This document shows positions 1-7,087 of a stretch of 59,136 nucleotides of DNA, piece by piece. How positions within the stretch are numbered: the stretch's first letter is position 1; each line of letters opens with the position of its first letter. Under the pieces are notes generated by a model that made no database searches, was not told the origin of the DNA, and saw only the letters and a program-made list of their open reading frames with translations. This DNA is from Candidatus Nomurabacteria bacterium (GTDB lineage Bacteria > Patescibacteriota > Minisyncoccia > Phycocordibacterales > UBA1006), in assembly GCA_943357975.1 (NCBI GenBank), contig CALRGS010000001.1, forward strand, positions 1 to 59,136. Reading direction: 5' to 3'. The translations under genes were made by a program, and so were the position numbers.

Positions 1-303
1 GATACTGCGATAAGTAAACTAAAGCCCGGTGACTATGTCATCGCACTTGATGAAAATGGCAAGAATTTTACTACCCTAGAATTTTCCCAAGCCATTGAAA
101 AACTCCTCCATGCTTCACATAGGCGTATCGTGTTTGTTATTGGAGAATCTCACGGACTACAGCAATCTGTACGCGATCGCGCCAATATCACCATATGCCT
201 CGGCAAGCTTACCCTCCCCCATGAACTTGCCCGCCTGGTCCTCGCGGAGCAATTGTATCGAGTTACGAACCTTATCGGAGGTGGTAAGTATCATCATCAG
301 TAA
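1..303 (+). CDS. rlmH: 23S rRNA (pseudouridine1915-N3)-methyltransferase RlmH, C-terminal part; the 5' end lies outside the window
   Basis: Frame 1 reads ..DYVIALDENGKNFTTLEFSQAIEKL..RIVFVIGESHGL..LGKLTLPHELARLVLAEQLYRV.., typical of the SPOUT RlmH C-terminus. TAA stop at 301-303. Confidence 0.8.
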   Translation, partial: DTAISKLKPGDYVIALDENGKNFTTLEFSQAIEKLLHASHRRIVFVIGESHGLQQSVRDRANITICLGKLTLPHELARLVLAEQLYRVTNLIGGGKYHHQ

Positions 304-304
304 T

Positions 305-940
305 ATGAATACGCACGAGTTATTAAAAAAAATCGAACAGGAATCCCTCTCCCTTGTCTGGTGGAAAGACGAGCAAAAAGCTCGTGGAGAAGATGTTGTG
401 AATGACCCCAAAAAAGGCGAGCGTCCTTGGATCATTCCTGAAACCACTGGGCAGTTTTTGCATGACGTGATACTGAAGAATAATTTTAGTTCTGCATTAG
501 AACTAGGAACCTCTATTGGTTATTCAACCATTTGGATCGCCGATGCCTTGTCGCAGAATAATGGGAACGTTCACACTATTGAGCACTCCTTAAATAAAAT
601 TCCTGTAGCAAAAAAATATTTCCAAGAATCAGGCTTTGAAAAAATAATTACACTCCATGAAGGAAACATCTTGGCTATCCTTGAACAATTTCCCAGTGAC
701 CTTACTTTTGATTTCGTATTCATGGACGCAGATCGTGGACACTATCACGAATACTTCCCACTCATCAAAAAACACCTTCGTGAAGGTGCAATTATCATTG
801 CCGACAATGCAGGAAATATGAACACCCGCATGCAACCGTTTTTTGATTTGTTACAACAAGAAGGTGTGGCTTTTGAGATTTTGAATATGGATAACGGACT
901 TTTAATTACTGGTGGTTACCGATCCGGTGGTACGTCATAA
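305..940 (+). CDS. class I SAM-dependent O-methyltransferase (family 3, YrrM/TrmR-like)
   Basis: ORF 95..940 trimmed to ATG 305, 1 nt after the rlmH stop. Contains ELGTSIGYSTIW (SAM motif I) and FVFMDADRGHY. Confidence 0.75.
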   Translation: MNTHELLKKIEQESLSLVWWKDEQKARGEDVVNDPKKGERPWIIPETTGQFLHDVILKNNFSSALELGTSIGYSTIWIADALSQNNGNVHTIEHSLNKIPVAKKYFQESGFEKIITLHEGNILAILEQFPSDLTFDFVFMDADRGHYHEYFPLIKKHLREGAIIIADNAGNMNTRMQPFFDLLQQEGVAFEILNMDNGLLITGGYRSGGTS

Positions 941-2631
941 TAGTTAATCAAGAATTTCGCAAAATCAACGAATGGGAGCAACAGGGTGTCCGATGAAAAC
1001 TTCGCACCATTTTTGGGATGATAGTTATAGAGAAAAACAATAAACTTTGGATTTTGTGCTGGAAAATACGCCATGAACGTATGCAGATTTCTGTCATCGT
1101 AATACCCACCGTTCTCATGATCCGCAATCTGCGCGGTTCCTGTTTTTGCAGCAATTGAATAGTGCTCCAGTTTTATTTTCCCATCATTATAATTATCAAA
1201 CACCGTGGTCAGCATTTTTGTAATCGTTACAGCCGTTTCAGGTTTAATGAGCTGTCCTGTCACCGGCCATTCCATTTTTTTATGAATACCACTTGGATAA
1301 TCAATTTCGGAAACAAGGTGTGGTGTCACCAAACGACCACCATTGGCAAGGACTGCCTGCGCACGAAGCATTTCAATCGGTGAAACAGCAACCCCTTGTC
1401 CAAATGATACGTTGGCAAATTCTACATCACGATTCGTACCAAGGTTTGAAATGAGCCCCTTGGTCTCTGCCGGCAAATCAATACCTGTTCGTTCACCAAA
1501 TCCAAAAGATTCCCACTGTTTGCGAAAAGCCTCTTTTTGCATGCGCTGCATCACATGCACCATTCCTGTGTTCAATGATTGATTTAATACGCTCTGCATA
1601 GTCACATTATTTCCACGACCTTTTTTATCGAAGTTATAAATAGTCCTGTTCCCCACTTTTACAAACCCTGCGTCGTTATAGGTTGTTGTTGGTGTCACCA
1701 TGCCCTGATCCAGAGCAATAGCCATAATCACCGGTTTCATAATAGAACCCATTTCAAAATCACTTTCGATCAGTGGGTTATTAAATTGAGATACGTTGGT
1801 CACACTTCGTGTTTGATTTAAATCAAATCCATTATCAAGCCCCATGGCAATGATCGCCCCTGTTTTCGGATCCATGACAATACCTCCGGTTCGATCAGAG
1901 TTCCACTTTTCCTTAACGGCATCAAGCATCTGTTCAAGGCTTTTTTGAACAGATGGTTCGATAGTGGTAACTACGTCACCTTCAATTTCATCAGCATCCC
2001 CTACTAATTTACTAATATCAGTAAAAATTTCAGCAAAGAAGTTTACATACAATTTTTGGTCTGTACGCGCAAGTACTTTGTTATAGGAGTGTTCAATCCC
2101 ATAGCGTCCAGAAAAATCATCCCCTTTGAACCCCATGAATCCGATTGCGTGTGCGGCTAAATCCCCGGCAGGATAAAAACGCCAGTTCATACGATAAGCA
2201 GTCACTCCGGGTAGTTTCATTGCTGTAATTTGTGAAGCTGCAGATTCGGGAACATTTACTGCAATTTCCACATACGGGTCTTTTTTCTTGGTTACTTGAG
2301 TAATGAATGTGTCATGGTCAAGTCCAAGAATTTTTCCAATTTTTGTATAGGCAGCTTCTGGGTCACCTAAGGTAATCGTGCTTACTGCGATTTTAAATCC
2401 TGACTTAACCGTTGCTGCAGAAACCTGATTACCATCCTTGCTAGTAAAATAAATACTTCCTCGATCAAAGAGGTTTGAACTATTTGTTACATACTGTCGG
2501 TCAGCTAGCATTTCATACTGTCGCCCATGAATAATTTGTAAATAAAAAAGCTTAGCGATAAAAATCACTACGGCAAAAACAACCAGCCCACTTACCAAAT
2601 ACAGTCGTTTTTGAGAAAAATTCGAATCCAT
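916..2631 (-). CDS. ftsI: penicillin-binding protein 2 / FtsI-type peptidoglycan D,D-transpeptidase
   Basis: 571 aa with an N-terminal TM helix. Has SxxK (GSIMKP), SxN (SLNTG) and KTG (KTGTA) motifs and sits in dcw-cluster context. Confidence 0.85.
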   Translation of the reverse strand: MDSNFSQKRLYLVSGLVVFAVVIFIAKLFYLQIIHGRQYEMLADRQYVTNSSNLFDRGSIYFTSKDGNQVSAATVKSGFKIAVSTITLGDPEAAYTKIGKILGLDHDTFITQVTKKKDPYVEIAVNVPESAASQITAMKLPGVTAYRMNWRFYPAGDLAAHAIGFMGFKGDDFSGRYGIEHSYNKVLARTDQKLYVNFFAEIFTDISKLVGDADEIEGDVVTTIEPSVQKSLEQMLDAVKEKWNSDRTGGIVMDPKTGAIIAMGLDNGFDLNQTRSVTNVSQFNNPLIESDFEMGSIMKPVIMAIALDQGMVTPTTTYNDAGFVKVGNRTIYNFDKKGRGNNVTMQSVLNQSLNTGMVHVMQRMQKEAFRKQWESFGFGERTGIDLPAETKGLISNLGTNRDVEFANVSFGQGVAVSPIEMLRAQAVLANGGRLVTPHLVSEIDYPSGIHKKMEWPVTGQLIKPETAVTITKMLTTVFDNYNDGKIKLEHYSIAAKTGTAQIADHENGGYYDDRNLHTFMAYFPAQNPKFIVFLYNYHPKNGAKFSSDTLLLPFVDFAKFLINYYDVPPDR

Positions 2632-2651
2632 TATGTGGGAATTATACCATA
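2587..2651. repeat. ftsI promoter plus first 15 codons; master copy of the repeat found again at 3941..4005
   Basis: About 65 nt, near-identical to 3941..4005 with about 4 mismatches on reading. Confidence 0.85.
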
Positions 2652-2673
2652 GCTTTTAAGTTATTGAGGAAAA

Positions 2674-2704
2674 CAAAAAAAGGGAGCCGCAGGGGCTCCC
2701 TTTT
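2674..2704 (-). terminator. intrinsic terminator after the 2710..3807 gene
   Basis: GGGAGCC(2682-2688)/GGCTCCC(2694-2700) hairpin followed by a T-run on the minus strand. Confidence 0.7.
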
Positions 2705-2709
2705 AAAAA

Positions 2710-3807
2710 TCACTTTTTCTTCTTAGCTAAACTCTCCCTTAAATTTAATCGGCATTTCTCATAACTCTCCATAAAATTTATGGTCTCTGTGTTGCTTACC
2801 TCTTTCGCCCTGCGGGTAAAAATTTGAGCCATAGTATGATTCTCGGTCATCATCTTTCTGATAAATCTAAGCGAGGAAAATTTCTTTCCCCCTTTAATTT
2901 CTTCAGCAAGCGAATCACGAAAATCTTTATGGCTTACCCACATAATTTTATTATGAATTGCAAGGCTTGAATGTACAAACATTACCCCTTGTGGCGCAAT
3001 AGCATAGTCCTGAATATCATAGGGACTGAAAGGAAACAGTGAGTACATTTGGTCAATGGACGCCTTCAGAGTATCCGGCAGCTTCTTGGCGGTAATCATT
3101 CGATTATTAAGAGATATGGTTCTCTTCTTCTTTGTTCCCTTAAGGTGACTATTGTAGTAACGACCATCTGGCTGGTCTTTTACCAAAGCCATATGTTTAA
3201 CGTTCTTGGTAAATTCTTCTACCAAACCTTTCACAAGAGCAGTATCAGCTGCAAATACTTGAGGAAGGGTCTCATCATACAATTCCGACTTAATAAGGTT
3301 CGAACGAAGAGTTACTTGTATTTCACGATATTGTGATTTAAAGTGCCACGCAGCTATTGCCTGATTAATCTGACGAATCAAATTAATCTCGGTTTCTGAA
3401 ACAACTGGCGAGGTTGGCACAATAGAATACCCAATGACTTTTGGAGTCATCTTGTACTGAGCAAGAAAATTCTGAATATCGTCTGCAAATTTTTGAGTAT
3501 TCCCTTCCAATCTTATTGATTTGTTCGTAGTAAACCTTGTCATCTTTATTATTTCAGGATGATTAAGAACAGGTATAAGGTTAAAAGTGGAAGAGAGATG
3601 TAAATCATAGCGATCGCTCGCATTTTTGAGCGCACTTTCCAAAATAGAAAATGTTTGCTGTACTTCCGGATCAACAACTGTTGCGGTAACCGGAGTGCCT
3701 TTATTAGCAAGCGGACAAGGCGGACAGCCCTGGTCACAGCTTTTGGATGCAGCGAATATTTCTATACTAATCTCGTCAAAAGCGGGTCTGGATTTTTTCT
3801 TTGCCAT
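2710..3807 (-). CDS. hypothetical protein with an N-terminal CX3CX2C motif (SCDQGCPPC); inserted in the dcw cluster
   Basis: 365-aa ORF with its own TTGACA-17-TAATGT promoter (3845..3873) and its own terminator. No confident family match from reading. Confidence 0.65.
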   Translation of the reverse strand: MAKKKSRPAFDEISIEIFAASKSCDQGCPPCPLANKGTPVTATVVDPEVQQTFSILESALKNASDRYDLHLSSTFNLIPVLNHPEIIKMTRFTTNKSIRLEGNTQKFADDIQNFLAQYKMTPKVIGYSIVPTSPVVSETEINLIRQINQAIAAWHFKSQYREIQVTLRSNLIKSELYDETLPQVFAADTALVKGLVEEFTKNVKHMALVKDQPDGRYYNSHLKGTKKKRTISLNNRMITAKKLPDTLKASIDQMYSLFPFSPYDIQDYAIAPQGVMFVHSSLAIHNKIMWVSHKDFRDSLAEEIKGGKKFSSLRFIRKMMTENHTMAQIFTRRAKEVSNTETINFMESYEKCRLNLRESLAKKKK

Positions 3808-3844
3808 TTTATTTTATGTTTTTGTGGTTCAATAATTTTTTTCT

Positions 3845-3873
3845 ACATTACTCTATAAAAAGACTTTTGTCAA
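3845..3873 (-). promoter_or_regulatory. predicted sigma70-type promoter of the 2710..3807 gene
   Basis: Minus strand reads TTGACA(3868-3873), a 17-nt spacer, then TAATGT(3845-3850). Confidence 0.55.
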
Positions 3874-3876
3874 GTA

Positions 3877-3905
3877 ACAAAAACCCCTCTTCCAGGGGGT
3901 TTTTG
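3877..3905 (-). terminator. copy of the ftsL-downstream terminator
   Basis: CCCCT/AGGGG hairpin flanked by A- and T-runs, near-identical to 4706..4733. Confidence 0.65.
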
Positions 3906-3919
3906 AATAGTATTTAAAT

Positions 3920-3985
3920 TTACCGCACCAACGCCACGATCCCACTTACCAAATACAGTCGTTTTTGAGAAAAGCTTGAATCCAT
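3920..3985 (-). pseudogene. chimeric 21-codon remnant ORF: ftsI codons 1-15 fused to the last 6 codons of the ftsL-like gene (MDSSFSQKRLYLVSG|IVALVR)
   Basis: Translation of the reverse complement. It keeps an intact TGtTATAAT-N9-ATG promoter copy and is followed by the terminator copy. Confidence 0.7.
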
Positions 3986-4016
3986 TATGTGGGAATTATA
4001 ACATATCTTCTCAAAC

Positions 4017-4050
4017 AAAAATCCCCCGTCTGGTGAGTTGGGGGATTTAA
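4017..4050 (-). terminator. intrinsic terminator after the 4067..4654 gene
   Basis: ATCCCCC(4021-4027)/GGGGGAT(4040-4046) hairpin followed by a T-run on the minus strand. Confidence 0.7.
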
Positions 4051-4066
4051 AATTCTTAGAACTTCG

Positions 4067-4654
4067 CTAGTTTGCACGGACAGTTTGTACCACAATCTGT
4101 TTTGGTGAAAGAGCTTGTGATAATTTTTTGAAAAGTTTCTTGACCTTACTTGTTTTCGGGGGCTTGGGTGTACAAGATAGTAAGTAAAGAAAGCAGGTTA
4201 CAAAAATCCAATGAATCATTCCAGCAACAATCGCAATATTGTCTATGAGGCTTTCACTATTAATTGGAGGCATGTTCATAATCATATAAACCAAAAACAC
4301 AATCACCGCTAAGCACATGAACAAAAAAAATATTCTTCCGGGCATCATTGAGACCTCCAAATTATTTCTGGATGTTTTGTTTTCAAAACATTGTTGCTCT
4401 ATTGCGTCAACTACTGCAGAAAAAATACGTACACACATAAAACCGATTGACGTAAAAATTATAGTAATTATTATTTTTACCATAGAACTATATATTGGTA
4501 AGAAAAAGATTAAACATACTATAAATGCACTGATCAAGGACGCAACTACGAGAGATAACCGAGCGAGCCAAAAGTTGTTTACTCCAACCAGGTCTTGAAA
4601 GAAATCAGAAAATGCTTGAAATTTCCCCAAAAGGAATCTGTCGATTGTTTTCAT
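4067..4654 (-). CDS. hypothetical polytopic membrane protein (about 5 TM); inserted in the dcw cluster
   Basis: ORF 4067..4702 trimmed to ATG 4654. The listed TTG start is itself the TTGACA -35 of a TTGACA-17-TGaTAATAT promoter (4674..4702). Confidence 0.65.
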   Translation of the reverse strand: MKTIDRFLLGKFQAFSDFFQDLVGVNNFWLARLSLVVASLISAFIVCLIFFLPIYSSMVKIIITIIFTSIGFMCVRIFSAVVDAIEQQCFENKTSRNNLEVSMMPGRIFFLFMCLAVIVFLVYMIMNMPPINSESLIDNIAIVAGMIHWIFVTCFLYLLSCTPKPPKTSKVKKLFKKLSQALSPKQIVVQTVRAN

Positions 4655-4673
4655 AAGTGTTTTGTTTAGTGCT

Positions 4674-4702
4674 ATATTATCACAGGTAATATATTCTGTC
4701 AA
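4674..4702 (-). promoter_or_regulatory. predicted promoter of the 4067..4654 gene
   Basis: Minus strand reads TTGACA(4697-4702), a 17-nt spacer, then extended -10 TGaTAATAT(4674-4682). Confidence 0.55.
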
Positions 4703-4767
4703 GAAACAAAAACCCCTCTTCCAAGGGGTTTTTGTTATAATGTGTAGTTTTACCGCACCAACGCCAC
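4697..4767. repeat. master copy of the ftsL 3' end, terminator and -35 repeat (partner 3868..3937)
   Basis: tgtcaag.aacaaaaacccctcttcca.ggggtttttg...tttaccgcaccaacgccac is shared by both copies. Confidence 0.85.
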
Positions 4768-5070
4768 CGTATCCGCATCGGGATGTGTATAGGCAAAAGT
4801 CGGAGTCTTTGATTCTACGAACCCAAGGGCTGCCGCCTTTTGAATATCAATACTTGAAGCAAGGTTAAAGTATTTAATTTCCAAATCAGAAACTTTGGCT
4901 TGTGAAGTCCTCACTTCAGAATACAGTGTCTTTCGCTGATTAATCGCCACCACCGAACGTGCAATGAAAAATGAATACAGCGCAAACATTCCTACCAATG
5001 CCATTAGTAAATACCGGTTCCATGAACCAGAGAAGATATTTTTTATTGGATTGGTAATGATGTGTTGCAT
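4750..5070 (-). CDS. FtsL-like single-pass cell-division protein, assigned by position
   Basis: 106 aa with one N-proximal TM helix followed by a coiled region, immediately downstream of rsmH. Confidence 0.6.
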   Translation of the reverse strand: MQHIITNPIKNIFSGSWNRYLLMALVGMFALYSFFIARSVVAINQRKTLYSEVRTSQAKVSDLEIKYFNLASSIDIQKAAALGFVESKTPTFAYTHPDADTVALVR

Positions 5071-5083
5071 ATATTTTTATTGA

Positions 5084-5134
5084 CCCTCTCCACGATAGTG
5101 GAGAGGGTGGTTTCCGTAAGGAAACCGGGTGAGG
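5084..5134 (-). repeat. REP-like hairpin element, family A, copy 1 (between rsmH and the ftsL-like gene)
   Basis: CCCTCTCCAC-GATA-GTGGAGAGGG, then TTTCC-GTAA-GGAAA, then CCGGGTGAGG. Matches 10785..10833 and 44353..44408 in inverted orientation. Confidence 0.8.
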
Positions 5135-5135
5135 A

Positions 5136-6029
5136 CTATTGGGAGATCTTTTCAAGAACTCGTAACTGGGCACTTCTCGCTCTTACGTTCTCCTTAACTT
5201 CCTCATCCGTCGGTTTGATTGGTTTTTTTGTAATCAAGGTCGCAAGGTCTGCATGTGCCTGATCACGGAAGAAATTTTTTACAATACGGTCTTCCCCACT
5301 ATGGAACGTAATGATTGCAAATCGTCCTCCTGGTTTTAATGCTGCAAACCCTTTCACTAACACCTCCTTCACAGCTCCATATTCATCATTCGTTGCAATG
5401 CGCAGTGCTTGAAATGTTTTCGTGGCAGGATTCGTGCGCATCCAAGCCTTCCTTGGGAGCACTGACTCAATCACTGCGACTAAATCAAAGGTGGTATTTA
5501 TTGGCTTACGTTTACGTTCAGCGACAATGGTGCGGGCAATTTTTCGAGAAGCCGTCTCGTCAGCATACGCGTACAACATGTCCGCAATAACATTTTCATC
5601 CCACGTGTTCACAATATCCCAAGCAGTAATATCCTCGTCTGTCGGATTGTCTTTCAATGTCATATGGAGAGGTCCATCGACTTGGAAAGAAAATCCTCTG
5701 TCTGGATCGGCAATCTGAAATGATGACCATCCTAAGTCGAGAAATATCCCATCAACTTGTTCGATATTGTTTTCAAGCAATACCTGATCAAGCTTTCTAA
5801 AATTTTCTCGAACTAATATTTTTTTACAAGGAAACGTTTTAAGTTTTTCCTCTGCACGAGTAATGGCATTCGAATCCAGATCGAAACCAATCAATGTCCC
5901 ATCTGGCCCCAAATGCTCCGCAATTGCTGCAGCATGACTCGCACCACCTAATGTACCGTCGATATAGACGCCATTTTTTTTGATACTCAACACGTCTATT
6001 GATTCTTTGAATAGTACTGGGATATGCAT
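5136..6029 (-). CDS. rsmH: 16S rRNA (cytosine1402-N4)-methyltransferase RsmH
   Basis: 297 aa with HIPVL..DGTLGGASH..LDLGWSS motifs; follows mraZ. Confidence 0.9.
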   Translation of the reverse strand: MHIPVLFKESIDVLSIKKNGVYIDGTLGGASHAAAIAEHLGPDGTLIGFDLDSNAITRAEEKLKTFPCKKILVRENFRKLDQVLLENNIEQVDGIFLDLGWSSFQIADPDRGFSFQVDGPLHMTLKDNPTDEDITAWDIVNTWDENVIADMLYAYADETASRKIARTIVAERKRKPINTTFDLVAVIESVLPRKAWMRTNPATKTFQALRIATNDEYGAVKEVLVKGFAALKPGGRFAIITFHSGEDRIVKNFFRDQAHADLATLITKKPIKPTDEEVKENVRARSAQLRVLEKISQ

Positions 6030-6030
6030 A

Positions 6031-6465
6031 TTAGATCATGCCAATGTCTGCTAATTTCTGAGCAAGGACATTTGCTTCTTTTTCTACGCCGTTGGTGTAC
6101 TTGTTCCAAGATTCTTCATTCCACAATTCAATGCGATTATGAATTCCTGCAACTACAACTTTTGTAGAAAGGTCTGCGTACCCTTTGAGGTGATCAGGAA
6201 CGAGCACTCGCCCACTTCCATCCACTTCAGTTTCGGTAGCACCTCCTAACATCGCACGTGAAAATCCACGCCCTTCTGCAGAACCAATCGAAAGACCTGC
6301 TAATTTTTCTGAAAACTTTTTCCATTCGGATACCGGGTACACAAAGAGACAACGATCGAGACCTCGCGTAATAATTATTTTTTTGCCCATCTCTTTGCGA
6401 AATTTCGCAGGGAGAGATAAGCGATTCTTGTCGTCCATGGTATGGCGATATTCTCCGATAAGCAT
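6031..6465 (-). CDS. mraZ: transcriptional regulator MraZ
   Basis: ORF 6031..6588 trimmed to MLIGEYRHTMDDKNRLSLPAKFR (typical MraZ N-terminus), giving 144 aa. The upstream extension is built from a repeat element and operator-like boxes. Confidence 0.85.
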   Translation of the reverse strand: MLIGEYRHTMDDKNRLSLPAKFRKEMGKKIIITRGLDRCLFVYPVSEWKKFSEKLAGLSIGSAEGRGFSRAMLGGATETEVDGSGRVLVPDHLKGYADLSTKVVVAGIHNRIELWNEESWNKYTNGVEKEANVLAQKLADIGMI

Positions 6466-6478
6466 AAGTTTTTTAGAC

Positions 6479-6530
6479 CAATCTCCCTCTTTTAGAGGGA
6501 GAGCCTCAGCGATAGCTGGGCGTGGGAGTA
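6479..6530 (+). repeat. REP-like hairpin element, family B, copy 1 (mraZ 5' leader)
   Basis: ATCTCCCTC-TTTA-GAGGGAG..CAGCGATAGCTG..GGGAGTA, alignable with 35699..35750. Confidence 0.75.
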
Positions 6531-6590
6531 ATCCCACTTCATCCCACCACAATAGTACCTCATCCCACCTTGTAACACAATCACCCAATA
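6531..6590 (-). promoter_or_regulatory. candidate MraZ operator: four phased (G)TGGGA/TGGGT boxes upstream of mraZ
   Basis: On the plus strand, CCCA cores sit at 6533, 6543, 6564 and 6584, a spacing of 10, 21 and 20 bp. E. coli MraZ is known to bind TGGGN direct repeats with a 10-bp period. Confidence 0.5.
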
Positions 6591-6622
6591 TATGCCTTTC
6601 TGTGGATAAGTATTTTTTCCAA

Positions 6623-6652
6623 CAAAAAAGCCAGGTGGTCCTGGTTTTTTTT
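6623..6652 (-). terminator. intrinsic terminator after rplU
   Basis: CCAGG-tggt-CCTGG hairpin followed by a T-run on the minus strand. Confidence 0.6.
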
Positions 6653-6654
6653 AA

Positions 6655-7032
6655 TTATGAAATTGCTGTAATCTTCACCTTAACGAAAGGCTGTCGGTGA
6701 CCATTTTTCTTGTAGTAGCGAGACTTCTGGAGGTACTTGATCACATCGATTTTCTTTGCACGTCCTGCTTCGATGAATTCTCCCATAACCTTTGCTCCTG
6801 AAATCATAGGGGCTCCAAGTTTGGTAGTAGTACCGTCGTCTACGAGAAGTACTTGATCAAAAGTAATTACATCGCCTGCATTACCTGCCATTTTCTCGAG
6901 AGTAAGCATATCACCTACTTTAACCAAGTACTGCTTACCACCGTTTGCGATTACTGCAAAAGTTCCTTCCTGTGAAGTCTTCCGAACTGCCTTTTTAGGA
7001 GCCTTTTTTACTGCTTTTTTAGCTGTTGCCAT
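6655..7032 (-). CDS. rplU: 50S ribosomal protein L21 with a Lys/Ala-rich N-terminal extension
   Basis: FAVIANGGKQYLVKVGD..KNGHRQPFVKVKI. No rpmA follows it. Confidence 0.9.
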   Translation of the reverse strand: MATAKKAVKKAPKKAVRKTSQEGTFAVIANGGKQYLVKVGDMLTLEKMAGNAGDVITFDQVLLVDDGTTTKLGAPMISGAKVMGEFIEAGRAKKIDVIKYLQKSRYYKKNGHRQPFVKVKITAIS

Positions 7033-7041
7033 AGTGGAAAT

Positions 7042-7081
7042 ACAATATCATATTGCAGGATTTTTTGCAAGGCGTTATACT
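7042..7081. promoter_or_regulatory. overlapping divergent promoters of rplU (minus) and the corA-like gene (plus)
   Basis: Minus strand: TTGCAA(7065-7070)-17-TGaTATTGT, then 9 nt to ATG 7032. Plus strand: TTGCAG(7053-7058)-17-TATACT(7076-7081), then 6 nt to ATG 7088. Confidence 0.5.
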
Positions 7082-7087
7082 GTCCCC

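Larger units (their letters stand above)
3868..4005. repeat. composite junction repeat: a copy of the ftsL 3' end, terminator and -35 (3868..3937, matching 4697..4767) fused to a copy of the ftsI promoter and 5' codons (3941..4005, matching 2587..2651)
   Basis: Direct comparison of the three regions. Only a 14-nt centre of the first half has diverged. Confidence 0.85.

Noticed and set aside
6466-6588. N-terminal 41-codon extension of the mraZ ORF.
   Set aside because: MraZ homology starts at MLIGEYRH (ATG 6465). The extension is made of a family B repeat and the TGGGA boxes.
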